From positions 26,476,001 to 26,540,000 of the forward strand of contig NC_087436.1 in the NCBI RefSeq assembly GCF_036321535.1: DNA of 64,000 nt, written 5' to 3'. Numbering within the stretch: the stretch's first letter is position 1; every line of letters begins with the position of its first letter. The position numbers and the translations under genes were made by a program. The notes under the pieces were generated by a model. That model saw only the letters and a program-made list of their open reading frames with translations. It had not been told where the DNA came from and did not search any database. Source of the DNA: Camelus dromedarius. Lineage: Eukaryota. This document shows positions 37,904 through 50,286 of the stretch, piece by piece.

Positions 37904-40900
37904 CTTCTTCTTTGTCCATTCATCTATTAATGGACAACTTAGGTTGCTTCCACATATTGGTTATCATAAAAAATGTTGCTGCAGTAAACATAGGGGTACA
38001 TATATCTTTTAAAATCAGTGCTTTTGTTTTCTTTGAATAAATAACCAGGAGTGGAATTGATGGATCATATGATAGTTGCATTTTAAATTTTTTTGGGTAC
38101 TCAGTAGTGGCTGTACCAATTTAATTCCCACCAACAGTGCAAGAAGTTTTCTTTTTCTGCGCATCCTCGCCAACACTTGTTTCTTGCCCTTTTGATAATA
38201 GGCATTCTGACAGATGTGAGGTGATGTCTCATTTTCGTTTTGATTTGCATTTTCTGGATGGCCAGTGATGTTGAGCATCTTTTCATGTGCCTGTTGGCCA
38301 GCTGTATGCCTTCTCTGAAAAAAATGTCTCTTCAGGTCCTCTACCTATTTTTAATGTTTTTGATATTGAATTATATGAGTTATTTTCATATTTTTGGTAT
38401 CATTCCCCTTATTAAATATATCATTTGTAAATATCTTCTCCGATTCAGCAGGTTACCATTTTGTTTTGTTCATGGTTTTCTTCTCTGTGGAAAATATTTT
38501 TAGTTTGATGTAAGCCCATTTGTTTATTTTTGCTTAATGTTGCCCTGGCCTAAGGAGACAGATCCAAAAAAAATTGACAAGACTTCTATCAGAGAGCATA
38601 CTGCCTATGTTTTCTTCTAGGGGTTTTCTGGTTTCAGGTCTTATACTTAAGTCTTTAATTCATTTTGAGTATATTTTTGTTTACGGTGTAAGAAAGTAGT
38701 CCTTTTTAATTTTTTTTGAATGTAGCTATCCCATTTTCCCAGCACCACTTACTGAAGAGACTCTCATTTCCATTGTAAACCCTCTCTGTTTATATTTTTG
38801 GGCTCTCTATTCTGTCCCATGACCTATGTGTCTATTTTTGTGCCCATACCATACTATTTAGATTACTTTAACTTTGTAATATAGTTTCAAGTCTGGGACC
38901 ATGATACCTCCAGCTTTGTTCGTCTTTCTCAAGATTGTTTTGGCTATTTGGGGTCTTTTGTGGTTCCATACAAATTTTAGGATTATTTCTTCTAGTGCTG
39001 TGAAAAATGCCATGGGTATTTTAGAGAAATTACATTGAATCTATAGATTGCTTTGAGACATTTTAACAATATTAATTCTTCCAATGCATAAACTTGGTTT
39101 ATCTTTCTATTTATTTGTTTTCACTTCAGTTTCTTACCTCAACATCATATTTTTTTCTGGACTTCAGTTCTTTCACCTACTTGGTTAAATTGACTCCTAG
39201 ATATTTTATTGTTTTTGATGAAATTGCAAATGGGATTGTTTTCTTGATTTCTCTTTCTGATGATTCATTGTTATTGTATAGAAATGCAACAGATACCTGT
39301 ATATTAATTTTGCATCCTGCTAACTACTGAATTCATGTATCAGTTCTAATAGTTTTGGTGGAGTCTTTGGGGTTTTCTGTATACAGTATCATGCCATTTG
39401 CAAATAGTGACAGTTTTATGTCTTTCTTTCCAATTTAGGTATGTTTTATTTCTTTGTCTTGCCTACTTGCCATGGCTAAGACTTCGAATACTATTTTATT
39501 GGTGTCAGTCAATGTCCTTATCTTATTCTTGATCTTAGAGGAAAAGCTTTCAGCTTTTCAGCTTTGGGTATCATGTCATACATGGCCTTTATTTGTTGAG
39601 CTATGTGCCTTCTATACCCACTTTGTTGAAGGTTTTTATTATAAAACATGTTGAATTTTGTCAAATGCTTTTCCTGTATCTACTGAGATGATTATATGAT
39701 TTTTATCCTTCATTTTGTTAGCCTTCATTTTGTTATGCGTTACATCACATTGATTCATTTGCAGATGATAAACCATTCTTGTATCTCTGGCATGAATCCC
39801 ACTTGATCATAGCGTATGATCCTTTTAATGTTGTTCAATTAAGTTTGCTAGTATTTTGTTGAGGACTTTTGCATCTACGTTTGTCAGTGATATTGGCATA
39901 TATATATATTTTTTACTTGTCTTTGTCTGGTTTTGGTATCAGTGCAAAGCTGGCCTAATAAAATGAGTTTGAAAGTTTCTTCCTCTTCATTTCTGTGGTA
40001 TAATTTGAGAAGGATCGGTGTTAGTTCTTCTTTAAATGCTTGGTAGAATTCACTTTTGAAGCCATCTGGACCTGTACTTTTGTTTGTTGAGAGTTTTTTG
40101 ATTACTGATTGAATGCCATGGCTAGTAATCAGTATATTCAGATTTTCTATTTCTTCATGGATTAGTCTTGGAAGATTGTATGTTTCTAGGAATTTATCCA
40201 CTTTTTTCAGGTTGTCTACTTTGTTGGTTTATAGTTCCTTATAGTATTTTCTATTGATTCTTTGTATTTCTGTGATATTAATTGTAATTTCTTTTTATAT
40301 ATGATTTTATTTATTTGGGCTTTCTTTTTTGCTTGATGAGTCTGGCTAACGTTTGTTGATTTGATTTATCTTTTCAAAGAACAAGCTCTCAGTTTTACTG
40401 ATCTTTTCTTTCTTTTGTTTTTTCTTATGTCCATTTCGTTTATTCCCACTCAAATTTTATTTCCTTTCTCCTACTAACTTTATGCTTTCTTTTCTGATTC
40501 CTTTAAATGTTAACTTAGGTTGGTTTTGGGGTTTTGTTTTGTTTTGTTTTGTTTTTTGAGCTTTTTCTTGGTTTCGAGGTAAATCTTTATTGGTATGAAC
40601 TTCCTTCTTTGAACTGCTTTTGCTGTGTATCAAAGATTTTGGAATGTTGTGTTTCCATTTTCATTTGTCTCAAGGTATTTTTGGATTTCTTGTTTGATTT
40701 TTTCAGTGACCAGTTGGTTGGTTAGTGACATATTATTTAGCCTCCCATGTATTTTGCAGTTTGTTTTTTTTTCTAATAGTTGATTCTATTCCCATACTGT
40801 TGTGGTTAGAAAAGACGCTTGATACGATTTCATTCTTAAATTTACTGAGACTTGTTTTGTTGTTTAACATGTGACCTATCCTGGAGACTGTTCCACATGC

Positions 40901-41487
40901 ACTTGAAAACAGTATGTAATCTGTTGTTTTTGGATGTAATGTTCTATTTATGTCTTTTAAGTCTATCTGGTATAATGTATTGTTCAAGGCCAATATTTTC
41001 TTACTGATTTTCTGACTGGGTGACCTGTTTATTATTCATTGATGTAAGCTGGGTATTAAAGTACCCTTCTATTACTATATTGCTATTTCTCCCTTTTTAA
41101 TGTGTTAATATTTGCTTTATATATGTAGGTGTGCCTATTTTGAGTACAAAATTGTTTACAAATGTTATATCCTCTTGTTGGATTAATCCTTTTTATCATC
41201 ATGTAATGTTCTTATCTTCTGTTATAGCCTTTGTTTTAAAGTCTGTTTTTCCTAATATAATAATTGCTACCCCAGCCTTTTTTGTTTGTTTCTGTTTGTG
41301 TGTACATCTTTTTTCATCCTTTCACTTTTAGTCTGTGAATGCCTTTAGGTTTGATATAAATCTCTTGTTGGCAGCATATAGAAGGATCTTATTTTTTTAT
41401 CCATTCAGCCACCCTTGCCTTTTGACTGGAGAATTTTGTCCCATTTACATTTAAGGTAATTATTGTTAGACATGTACTTATTGCCAT
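37750..41487 (-). pseudogene. L1 ORF2 (endonuclease/reverse transcriptase) remnant with multiple stops and frameshifts
   Basis: Starts MAISTCLTIITLNVNG (ATG at 41487). Fragments at 40733-40993 (EN), 39884-40201 (Z/RT-proximal) and 38101-38286 (C-terminal) lie in different frames. The 3' boundary is approximate. Confidence 0.9.
37870..37902. repeat. (AC)n microsatellite inside an L1
   Basis: Directly visible. Confidence 0.97.
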
Positions 41488-41969
41488 ATTGTTAATTGTT
41501 TTCTGGATTTTTATGTAGTTTCCCTCTGTTCCTTCTTTCTTCTTTCTTTCTCCCCTTGTGCATAAATTGTTTTCTCTACTGTTAAGTTTCAATTCTTTTC
41601 TCATTTTGTTTTGTGTATTTACAATATTATTTTTTCTTTGTGGTTATCATGAGGTTCACATGTAACATCCTGTGCATATAACAGTCTTTTTAAAGTTGAT
41701 AGCAACTTAATTTTTAAGTTGAAAGCAACACATTTCAAAGCTTTATATTTTGACTCCTCTGTCCCACATTTTATATTATTGATGACACAGTTTACTCTTT
41801 TTATTTTGTGTATTCCTTAATTAATTGTTGTATTTTTAATTAATTTTACTACTTTTTCCTTTTACCTTTCATATTTTCTTTGTAAGTGAATGATTCACTA
41901 TCTTTTTAAATTATTTACTTTTTTTCTGGTGAATTATTTGTAATATTTTCTCATTATTAATTAATGCCT

Positions 41970-42855
41970 ACTTTTTAGCTGTGAGATGTACTTTTAACCT
42001 TTCTTCTAAGGCTGGTTTAGTGGTGATAAACTTTTTTTCATTTTTAGTTTTTCCTTATCTGGAAAACTATTAATCTTTCCTTCAATTCTGAATGGTAACT
42101 TTGCCAGGTCGAGCAATCCTGGTCGGAAATTTTTACTTTTAGCACTTTGAATATGTGACGCCATTCCCTTCTTGCCTATAAAGTATCTGCTGAAAAATCT
42201 GCTAATGGCCTTGTGGTGTTCCCTGAGAATATAAAAACTTGCATTTTTCTTGCTGCTTTTGAGACTCTCTCTTTACCCTTATCATTTGCCATTTTAATTA
42301 GAATGTGTATCAGTGTGTTTCTCTTTGGGTTTGTCTTATCTGGAAAGTTCTGGATTTCCTGGACCTGCACCTCTGTTTCCTTCCCCGGAGTATGGAAGTT
42401 TTCAGCCATTATTTCTTCAAATAATTTTTCTGGCCCTTTCTCTATCTCTCTTCTCCTATAATCTAAATGTTACAGCACTTGATGTTGTCACAAAGGTCCC
42501 TGAAAGTATCTTTAATTTGTAAAATTCTTTTTAAATTTATCTTCTCTGTCTGAACATTTTCCATTGCTTTGTCTTCTAACTCACTGATTCATGCTTCCAT
42601 TTCATTCACTGTGCTATTGATCGCCCCTAGTATTTTTTTTTCAGTTTAGTTATAACTTGTTTGGTACTGTCTTATATTTTCTACCTTTTTGTTGAAGTTT
42701 TTGGTGTGTTCCTCTATTCTTCTCCCCAGATCAGTGAGCGTCTTTATGACCATTACTTTGAACTCTTTATCAGGTAGGTTGCTTATCTCCATTCCATTGA
42801 ATTCTTTTTCTGGAGATTTGCCTCATTCTTTGGTTTGGAACATATTCATCTTCAT
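41970..42855 (-). pseudogene. L1 ORF1 remnant
   Basis: ORF 42176-42409 (MAENFHTPGKETEVQVQEIQ...NPKRNT...LADFSADTL) is a typical ORF1p RRM/CTD segment. Boundaries are approximate. Confidence 0.85.
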
Positions 42856-45800
42856 TTTACCTCTCTCTCTGTGTTTGTCTATATGTATTAGGTGAAACAG
42901 CTACCTCCTTCATTCTTGAATAAAGATTCTTGTGGAGGTGCTGTTCCGTGTGGCCGAAAAGTACAATTTCGCCTGATCACCAGACCCAGGTACTCTATGC
43001 ATGTCTTTTGTGTGGAATGTGTTTTGTGCCAGATGTAATAGGGCCACAGCTGCTGCACAGCGAGGGTGGAGTTCAGGATGCTCTCCTGGCCTGATTGTGG
43101 GCTGGCTGCTGTGCAGGGAGGACAAGACTCAGTGTACTTACATATTTTGGTTGTGGCTTGTCCAATATGTGGGGAAGGCAGGGCTTGGAGCACTGCCTGG
43201 GCCGGTTGTGATTCCAGGGCTTCTTGGGGTGAGTGTGATGCAGGGTTCTCACTTGGGCCAATAACAATATGGGTGGTCAGAGCCTGACCTCCAGTGCTAA
43301 TAAGCTAGAGAAAGGGCCCCCCAAACAGCACCCCTCAGCTCTGTCCCCAGCAGGCTAGCATCCTGCAAAAATGTCATTGCCAACACTTCCATCTCCAGAT
43401 AAAGTCCCTGCAGGTTCCTACCTCTTGGCTGCTGCTTTAAAATTAGGAAGTGTGTCTTCCTCACTTATTGTGTAGGCATTTTTCAATCTGTTACTTTTGC
43501 ACTGGATCTCAGGGCAAAAGTTCTGCCTGCAAGCTCTTTAACAGCAGATCTCCATTTACCCCATTTTCTATAAATCTCCTGCTCTTAATCCCCATTGATT
43601 GTCAAAAGCAGAAGTTTTGGGGTCTTGTCTTTTTGGTGCCAGCTCCGAGGGGTGGGGTGCCTAATCTGAGGCTCACTCCTATCACTCCACTAGGGGGAGT
43701 TCTGTATTTTTGGAATCCCTCTCAATTGTGGGGTCATCGTGTCTGGGGTGGTGTCCTAAGCAAGGCCATATTTCTGCCTCTCCTACCCTTCTCAGTGCAT
43801 CTCTTCTGTGTTGTTGTTGTTATAGAGTTGCTGTTCGTCTAGTTCTTAGGTCCTTTCCAGAAGAAAATTATTCCATATATAGCTGTAAATTTGTTGTGTC
43901 CATGGATGGGAGTGAGTTTAGAGTCTTCCTATGCTGCCATCTTGAACTCCTCTCTCCAATTATGCTCTATTAATGAGCTTTGCATTAGATAGTAATTTTT
44001 TCTCAGAGTTTAAAGTTGTGATGTTGGAATCTATCCATTTCAATGACAGTAAACTGCTCAGAAATCAGCAATGTTTATGATATGACCAGGGTTTCTATTC
44101 CCATGACAAAACCACTAAGTCATAAAAGAATTAATATACTTATGGAAGATGTTCATGAAAAGTCAATTTTATTCAAAATAAAATATGGAGAAATGGTTGA
44201 AACAATTCTATTTGGTTATAAATCCTCTCACTCAGCTCTAAATCACGATTATAAAAAAAAAATTTTTAATTTTTGAGAAGAAAGCTAGCAAATGCCAGTT
44301 CTACTGCTAACAGAGTGGTACCTGGTTGATAAACGGGCTGAGATTTTCAGCATCTAAAATTTCACATCTCACATTACATTTCTCCCTGCCTTTATATCAA
44401 GTTCAAGCATCTTTTATTTTAAAAATATCTTCTACTTTTTTCCTCCTACAGCTCTTCTCACATTTCAGCCCACTCCTTATCTCACCCCCTCTACTTTATG
44501 AAAGTATATTTATTTTCATTGTGCTTTTACATCTTTAAAAGTGAGCATTTTCACTTCATTAACTTATCTTCAATGATACTTCATTTACATGTATGCCCTT
44601 GTAACTGCTTTTTTCTGTAAACCTCTCCTCAGACATCTGAATTATTGTTGACATTTTGGACTTATCCCAACATTAGGATGTTTCAGAGTGACCCTCAATT
44701 GCACTTAATATTAAATTTCTTTTTAAAAATTGAATATGATAGTATGATCTTAATAACAATGTTTAGTGAGTCAATAATTATAAAATGTGTGATCAGTGTT
44801 TATTAACATCTTTGTAATTTGCTTATGTAAAATGGTGGTTAAATCATTAACCTTGATGTTGACTTCAAGATTGTAAATGGACTTGCTTAGGTTGTGAAGA
44901 GACTCAAATGAGATAATGTAGATCATGTAGATAAAGGTTATTTGTATAATTCTATGTGTATGGTACTAGTAATAATCTAAAATATTTAATCAGGTTTTCA
45001 AAATGAAAAATAGCCCTCTATATAGCAAAGAATGCAAAGAACAAAGCTAATACCAGTCTCAGCATAGCTGTGAATTTGCTTGTTTGTTCTGAGTAGACTT
45101 TTTTTTTTTTTTTTTTTTTCACCTTCTAAGGACTTCCTTTTCCACTCATGGACTCATGGAACACTCTTGTTCCATTTCCAGTGTGCTTTTGCTACTTATT
45201 CACTGCTCAAAGGATTCTTGCTTCAGTGAACTTGTTACGTCTTCTTTCTTGCAGTTTACCTGCACTTAAATATATGTATAAAGAAAAGACCTAACTATTA
45301 GACTGCAAATTTGTATCACTTATATTCCACTAATTAACTAACAACCTAGTCATGATTTTATATAGTGATCTTTTTAAATTTATATTTTCATTATAAAAGA
45401 ACTTTGTTAGCTTATCTTTTAAGTCAGAAACATTCAGAAGCACCTTGTCTAGGTACATGAAATCATACCAGCTTGGCATCTTTTTAACTTAAACCTGGCT
45501 CTCTCACAAGTGTCCAATCTTTGATAGAGAACCAATGGAATTTTGTTAAACGAGAATATACTTACTGTGAAAAAAATGTAACAAAATGTAGTTTATAAAG
45601 GATATATTCTAAGGTAAGAATTGTATGAAAGACTCTCCATAGAAAAGAATTTTAAAAATTGTCTTTAACTATACTAATTGGTGTGTTGACAAGAACTTTG
45701 AACGTTTTTATCAGACTATCATTTAGGTCTTCCTACTGCTTTCCTTGAAACTGAAATCAGAATAGTGATATATTAATATAAACTTTATATGAATGCTTAT

Positions 45801-46419
45801 TTTACATTTCATACTATTTGTTTTGGAAACATATCATAGTGATTATAGTTAAATTTGCCTAATATTTGCATAATGTTTTAAAACCAGATTTGGACAGTAG
45901 TACAAATGGCTAAATTGTTTTCATTTTCTGATTTTGAGTTGTGGGTCAAGAGTACATTAATTTGGTTAAGATGCCCTTTCACAGTGTTCTACCAACTAAG
46001 TTAAGAAGCCTCTAGCAAAGTATAAATAAGTTACACTACCCAACATCACAGAACTTTGAGGAGTACATATGATTATTCATGTAATAAAGATTTCTTAGCA
46101 CCTTTCATTTAGAAGGGATTGTGCTAGACAATAATAAAAAAGGTAGGCTATATAATATTCATCTCTTTATCCCTCATATTTATTGTTGTGTCTAACATTC
46201 AATAAATGCTTAAATGTAGAAATACACTTTAATAAACACTAAATAAATAAAATGTTAATTATTAAAAAGATCTTCAACTTCTCATCATATTTTCTGCATA
46301 CAGACCAGAAGAAAATCGTATAAACAAATATTTGCAATACATTGTAATCAGTGAATATGAAATGGTAATAGGAATGTTGAGTAGATCAGTTCAACAATTT
46401 GGAATTGAGGAGTACATCC

Positions 46420-46900
46420 TAATATTAAGTTCAGTGGCAGGTAACAGAGTCCCCCAAATTATCAGTGTATTACATGAGAAAAATATTTATTTTTTGGTCT
46501 CACATTAATAGAAGCCTGGAGATAAGAGAGTCCAAGGCTAGTGTGTTGGCTCTGTCTCCCTCAGAGCTCTGGGCTCATTTCACCTCTTCATTGCAAAGCA
46601 CAATACTTTACTTCATCCCAGGTCTTTGCTAGAGTACCAGTAATCCCCATTCTTGTGCCAACAGCCTACTGATGTTCCAGCGATCAAGAAGCCTGAAGGG
46701 TCAATGAGAGTGCATCAATCATCTCGAAAGAAAGGCTCCCTGAAGGTTCCATATGATATTTTAGTTTATATTTCATAGTCCCAAAGTTCATCTATGAACT
46801 ATTAGCTTCAAAGATGTCTGGTAGGACATATAGTATCTATATCAAGTATGTGCCTGGCTTAAAAAAAACCCAAAAGGCTGCATTTCTATGGAAGAAGGAA
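46420..46900 (-). mobile_element. Old MaLR LTR (MLT1-like)
   Basis: aagttcagtggcaggtaacagagtcccccaaattatcagtg...atttattttt...ccaaggctagtgtgttggctc. Confidence 0.55.
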
Positions 46901-48573
46901 ATGACTGCAAGTCACTGCCCAAAAAAAAAAAAAAATTGAAGGTTTTCTAGAGCATGTAACATCTGACTTAATTTTTCAAACAATGTGAACTTGAGCAGTC
47001 CATCCCTGGGGTGATACAAAGTAGAAGACAGAATAATCTAAACACAGAATTTGCAGAGGTATAGAGGTCAGACACAGTATGCCACGCTGCATTACATTAA
47101 CTTCTTCTGTACTACTAATTTCAGCTTTTAGTGAAAATGTGAAAACACTGCTGGATTTTGCAACTGAGTTATATTTGTTTTGAGCAGACAAGTAGTAAAG
47201 ACAGAATGGTGAACTAGCATGAGAGGAGAATGAAGGTGATATCACTTAGATACTATTGTAATAATTCAGTTATAAAAATATTGCCAATGATAATGAGGAC
47301 ACAAGCATCTGAAAACAATAATCTATATATGTGTGTGTGTGTGTGTGTCTGTGTGTATATATATATGATAGAAAGGATTTGATAACAGATTGGGTGTGGG
47401 GCTGAAGGGGGAGAAATGTCAAACATTAGTCAGGAGTTTCTAACCTGGGTACCAGGAGGAATAAGTGAGATCAGAAATGCAATGCAATTTAATAAGTAGG
47501 TTTCATGTAATAAGTACATCAATTTAGGACTTTTAAGTATGAATTATCTATGAAGCATATGTATTTGTGAATAAGTATAGAGTTTAAGAGAAATATATGA
47601 ACTGATGATACTATTTACATTAATATGAAGAATTGAAGCATTAAAAATCTCATTTGTACTGTGGTTATCTTGCAAATTATATACCTCACTACCTCAAGTA
47701 TATCTAGAGAGCTAGTTATAAAATTCTTCTTCTGTGTGACAGGCAGATACTCTGCTTTTCATAGGAATGAGGTGTATGAAATAAAAGGTATATGATAACA
47801 TTTAAATGAGACACTGTGTACCCTAATGTAACAAGTTCAAATGTATCTTTTAGTTACCATTACTTAGTATTTTAAATAGTAGAAGGAGAAAAGATTGCAA
47901 TTGTGGAATTATACAGCTGTAATAAAGAACAAATATACTAATAAACCTAAACCACAGCAATTAAAAACACTCTACTAGATTTAGACTGGTTCCCTCAGGG
48001 TACTGATACCTGGTTTAAGAAAAAAAATTGAAACCTTCTCTGTGAACTATTACTTCTTAGTTAATGTACTTTCCTCGAGATCAAATACATAAACTGAGAA
48101 TCTTATAAGGGAAGCTGAGGGAAGATGCTGAGAAAAATACTATCTTACTATTTAGTTTATAAGTAAAAATAAAAAGGCCAAACATAAACTATCAAATAAA
48201 AATTAAACATGCCTGGAATCTTTGTTCTAAACTAGCTATTTACTTTGGATTGAATATTTGAGCATTTTCACATCCTCTGTAATTATTTTTTTCCTTCGTG
48301 CTCATCAGTCCGATTAAAATATTGAGCAAACCATACTTCCCTTCATTTACGGGATTGCATGGCAATTGGTTGGGGGCTGGAGAGTGTGAGAGAGAAAAAT
48401 GTTATTCTTTCCTTTTAAGTTGCTCTGTGCAATGCTGCACAATAATAGGCCAGTGCATATTCTTATTCTGCTTGTACCGGCAACCTTTACTGCCAGAAAT
48501 CTTCACTGTACCAAGTGTGGGGGTTGGGTTCATTGTCTAACATCCAATGCTGTCCCAGTTTTCTTCTTATTAG

Positions 48574-48576
<3 letters not shown>

Positions 48577-48605
<29 letters not shown>
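48577..48605. repeat. (TG)n microsatellite
   Basis: Directly visible. Confidence 0.97.
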
Positions 48606-48607
<2 letters not shown>

Positions 48608-48779
48608 CTCTGTAAAGTAAAAAAATGGAGTATTCCAGTATCTGTTCTTAGGTTATTTTTCATTGAAACAAGCTTCCAGACAAAAAAAATACTGTAACAT
48701 TAGTCTTATCTATATTATTTTCATGTAATAAATTGAGTAGCCTGCTCTGGGCATGTAGCCCTTCCTATATCTTTGTGTG

Positions 48780-49150
48780 GGATCTCCTACAAAGACAAGT
48801 TGACTCCAAGATGACAGCACACATCCTAAGAAGGCATAAAAAGGTTATCATTTACACAAAAAGGCTTCTCTGGGACAAGTAGGGAAGGTCTCCAAACTGG
48901 GCTAAAAATGGCTTGAATGAATAAGAAAAGGAGACTGGCTGGGGGGTTTTACTGTGCTGAAGGTGTGGGCTGATGAGAGAGTTCTCATGCTTTATGACCT
49001 TAAAAGAGTGTGCATGTAGGGGCTTGTGTACTTTGAATCCTCCATCGGCACTAGAGTAAGGAGCATCTAAGTTTTCTTTCAGCTTATGCAGGTGTGGGGC
49101 AGAAAGCAAAGACAGAGAGGTGTCCCTTAAAAGCTGTCAGCAGTGAGAGT
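48780..49150 (-). mobile_element. Probable old ERV LTR fragment
   Basis: GC-richer LTR-like block (ggagactggctggggggttttactgtg); family not identified. Confidence 0.35.
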
Positions 49151-49701
49151 AAGTGAGAAACCTTATTACATCCTTCCCGTGGCTGTTTCTATCTGTTCTT
49201 TACCAGTACATCTGCCACACAGTACTGCTACTATTAGCCTGTTTATTTGCCCCTAACTCTACAGTCCAGGGTCCTTGATAGAAAGGACTCTGTTGTTTAC
49301 CATTTTGAGCCTGGGACCTATCACAGTTCTCCACATCTGACCTTCCTGAAAAAATCGGGAACATTAATGTTCTTTTAATACTTATTGCAGTTGGCTGAAT
49401 TACCTTTTGCTCAGAATTTTGTTGTATTCTTTATTTAAATTGTACTTCATTGATTTTATCTTAATAGTCTTAAATATTTTATGAATTGACAACGAAATGT
49501 TTTGGGAAGCATTGACATTGTTGGGTTAAATCGAATTTTCAGGAAGACAAATCATATCAAGTTTTTACAGGTATCAATAAACAACTTTTCCCCTTCCTTC
49601 CTCCCTTCTTACATTCTTCATTCCTTCCTTTATTTTCTTGATTTGTTGTAGGCATTTTGAGAGTGACATTTTGATAATCTATACAGTGCTATTTTCTACC
49701 C

Positions 49702-49971
49702 CAGTAATTTCATTCATCATGTGTTATAGCCAAGTAGAGACAGTGCAGTGTAACAATAATAACAGTAATAACAGCGACAGTGGCGGCGATGATGACACAG
49801 TCTTACAGTCAGACAGCCCCGGGGTTAGATACTGGCAGTGCTGCCGTTTGCCAAATGAATCTGGTAAGTAGGCCATGGTTTTGTCATCTGTCAAATGAAA
49901 AAACACTGTCCTATCAGGTGGCAGAATTAATTAAATAAAATACTATACGTAAACCAACTAATATTATGCAT
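49702..49971. repeat. Inverted dispersed duplicate, copy B (270 bp; probable donor)
   Basis: Reverse complement of 27629-27900. Confidence 0.98.
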
Positions 49972-49990
49972 GGAATGGCACCTGGCAAAA
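49800..49990 (+). mobile_element. Diverged MIR SINE (lies within and extends past the duplicated block)
   Basis: agtcagacagccccggggttag..., gtcatctgtcaaatg, aattaaataaaatactatacgtaaa follow the MIR consensus order. Confidence 0.6.
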
Positions 49991-50164
49991 ACCAGTGAGA
50001 AGATGTATAAAGATGGATAAATTTAGGAGAGCATAGTTGTTCTGTTATTTCTTTGGTATTTTTGGACTCAGTATTACTGAAATCAAAGAGACTTCTGGTG
50101 TCATCTAGTCTCCTGGTTATCAAATGTGAGTCCAAAGCTTACTTTTGTCACTCCTAGAGAACAC

Positions 50165-50286
50165 ACATTTCTGCGCCCTGTAGTCAGGTGGTTTCCATAA
50201 TGATAATATGGGTTACATCCAGGAATCTGTATTTTTGTGAAGCTTTTCAAGTAATACTGAAGCATAGCTGATTTGGGAAACCACTG
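50165..50286 (-). mobile_element. MER5-like hAT DNA transposon fragment
   Basis: Terminal CAGTGGTTTCCCAAA on minus (ends at about 50286) and internal aaaaatacagattcctgg. Confidence 0.65.

Larger units (their letters stand above)
37387..43954 (-). mobile_element. Full-length, decayed LINE-1 (5'UTR, ORF1, spacer, ORF2, 3'UTR, poly-A)
   Basis: 14-bp TSD TCCAATTATGCTCT at 37373-37386 and 43955-43968; poly-T at the left end; the 5' end reads GGAGTTCAAGATGGCAGC on minus (YY1-type motif). Minus-strand ORF fragments match L1 ORF1 (MAENF..., LADFSADTL) and ORF2 (IITLNVNG, MDKFLETYNLPRL, KSTGPDGF, MQIKTKMRHHLT). Confidence 0.97.

Noticed and set aside
39707..39736. 15-bp tandem duplication (ccttcattttgtta) in L1 ORF2, and a similar ~25-bp one near 30370-30415
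   Set aside because: Ordinary slippage duplications with no sign of function.
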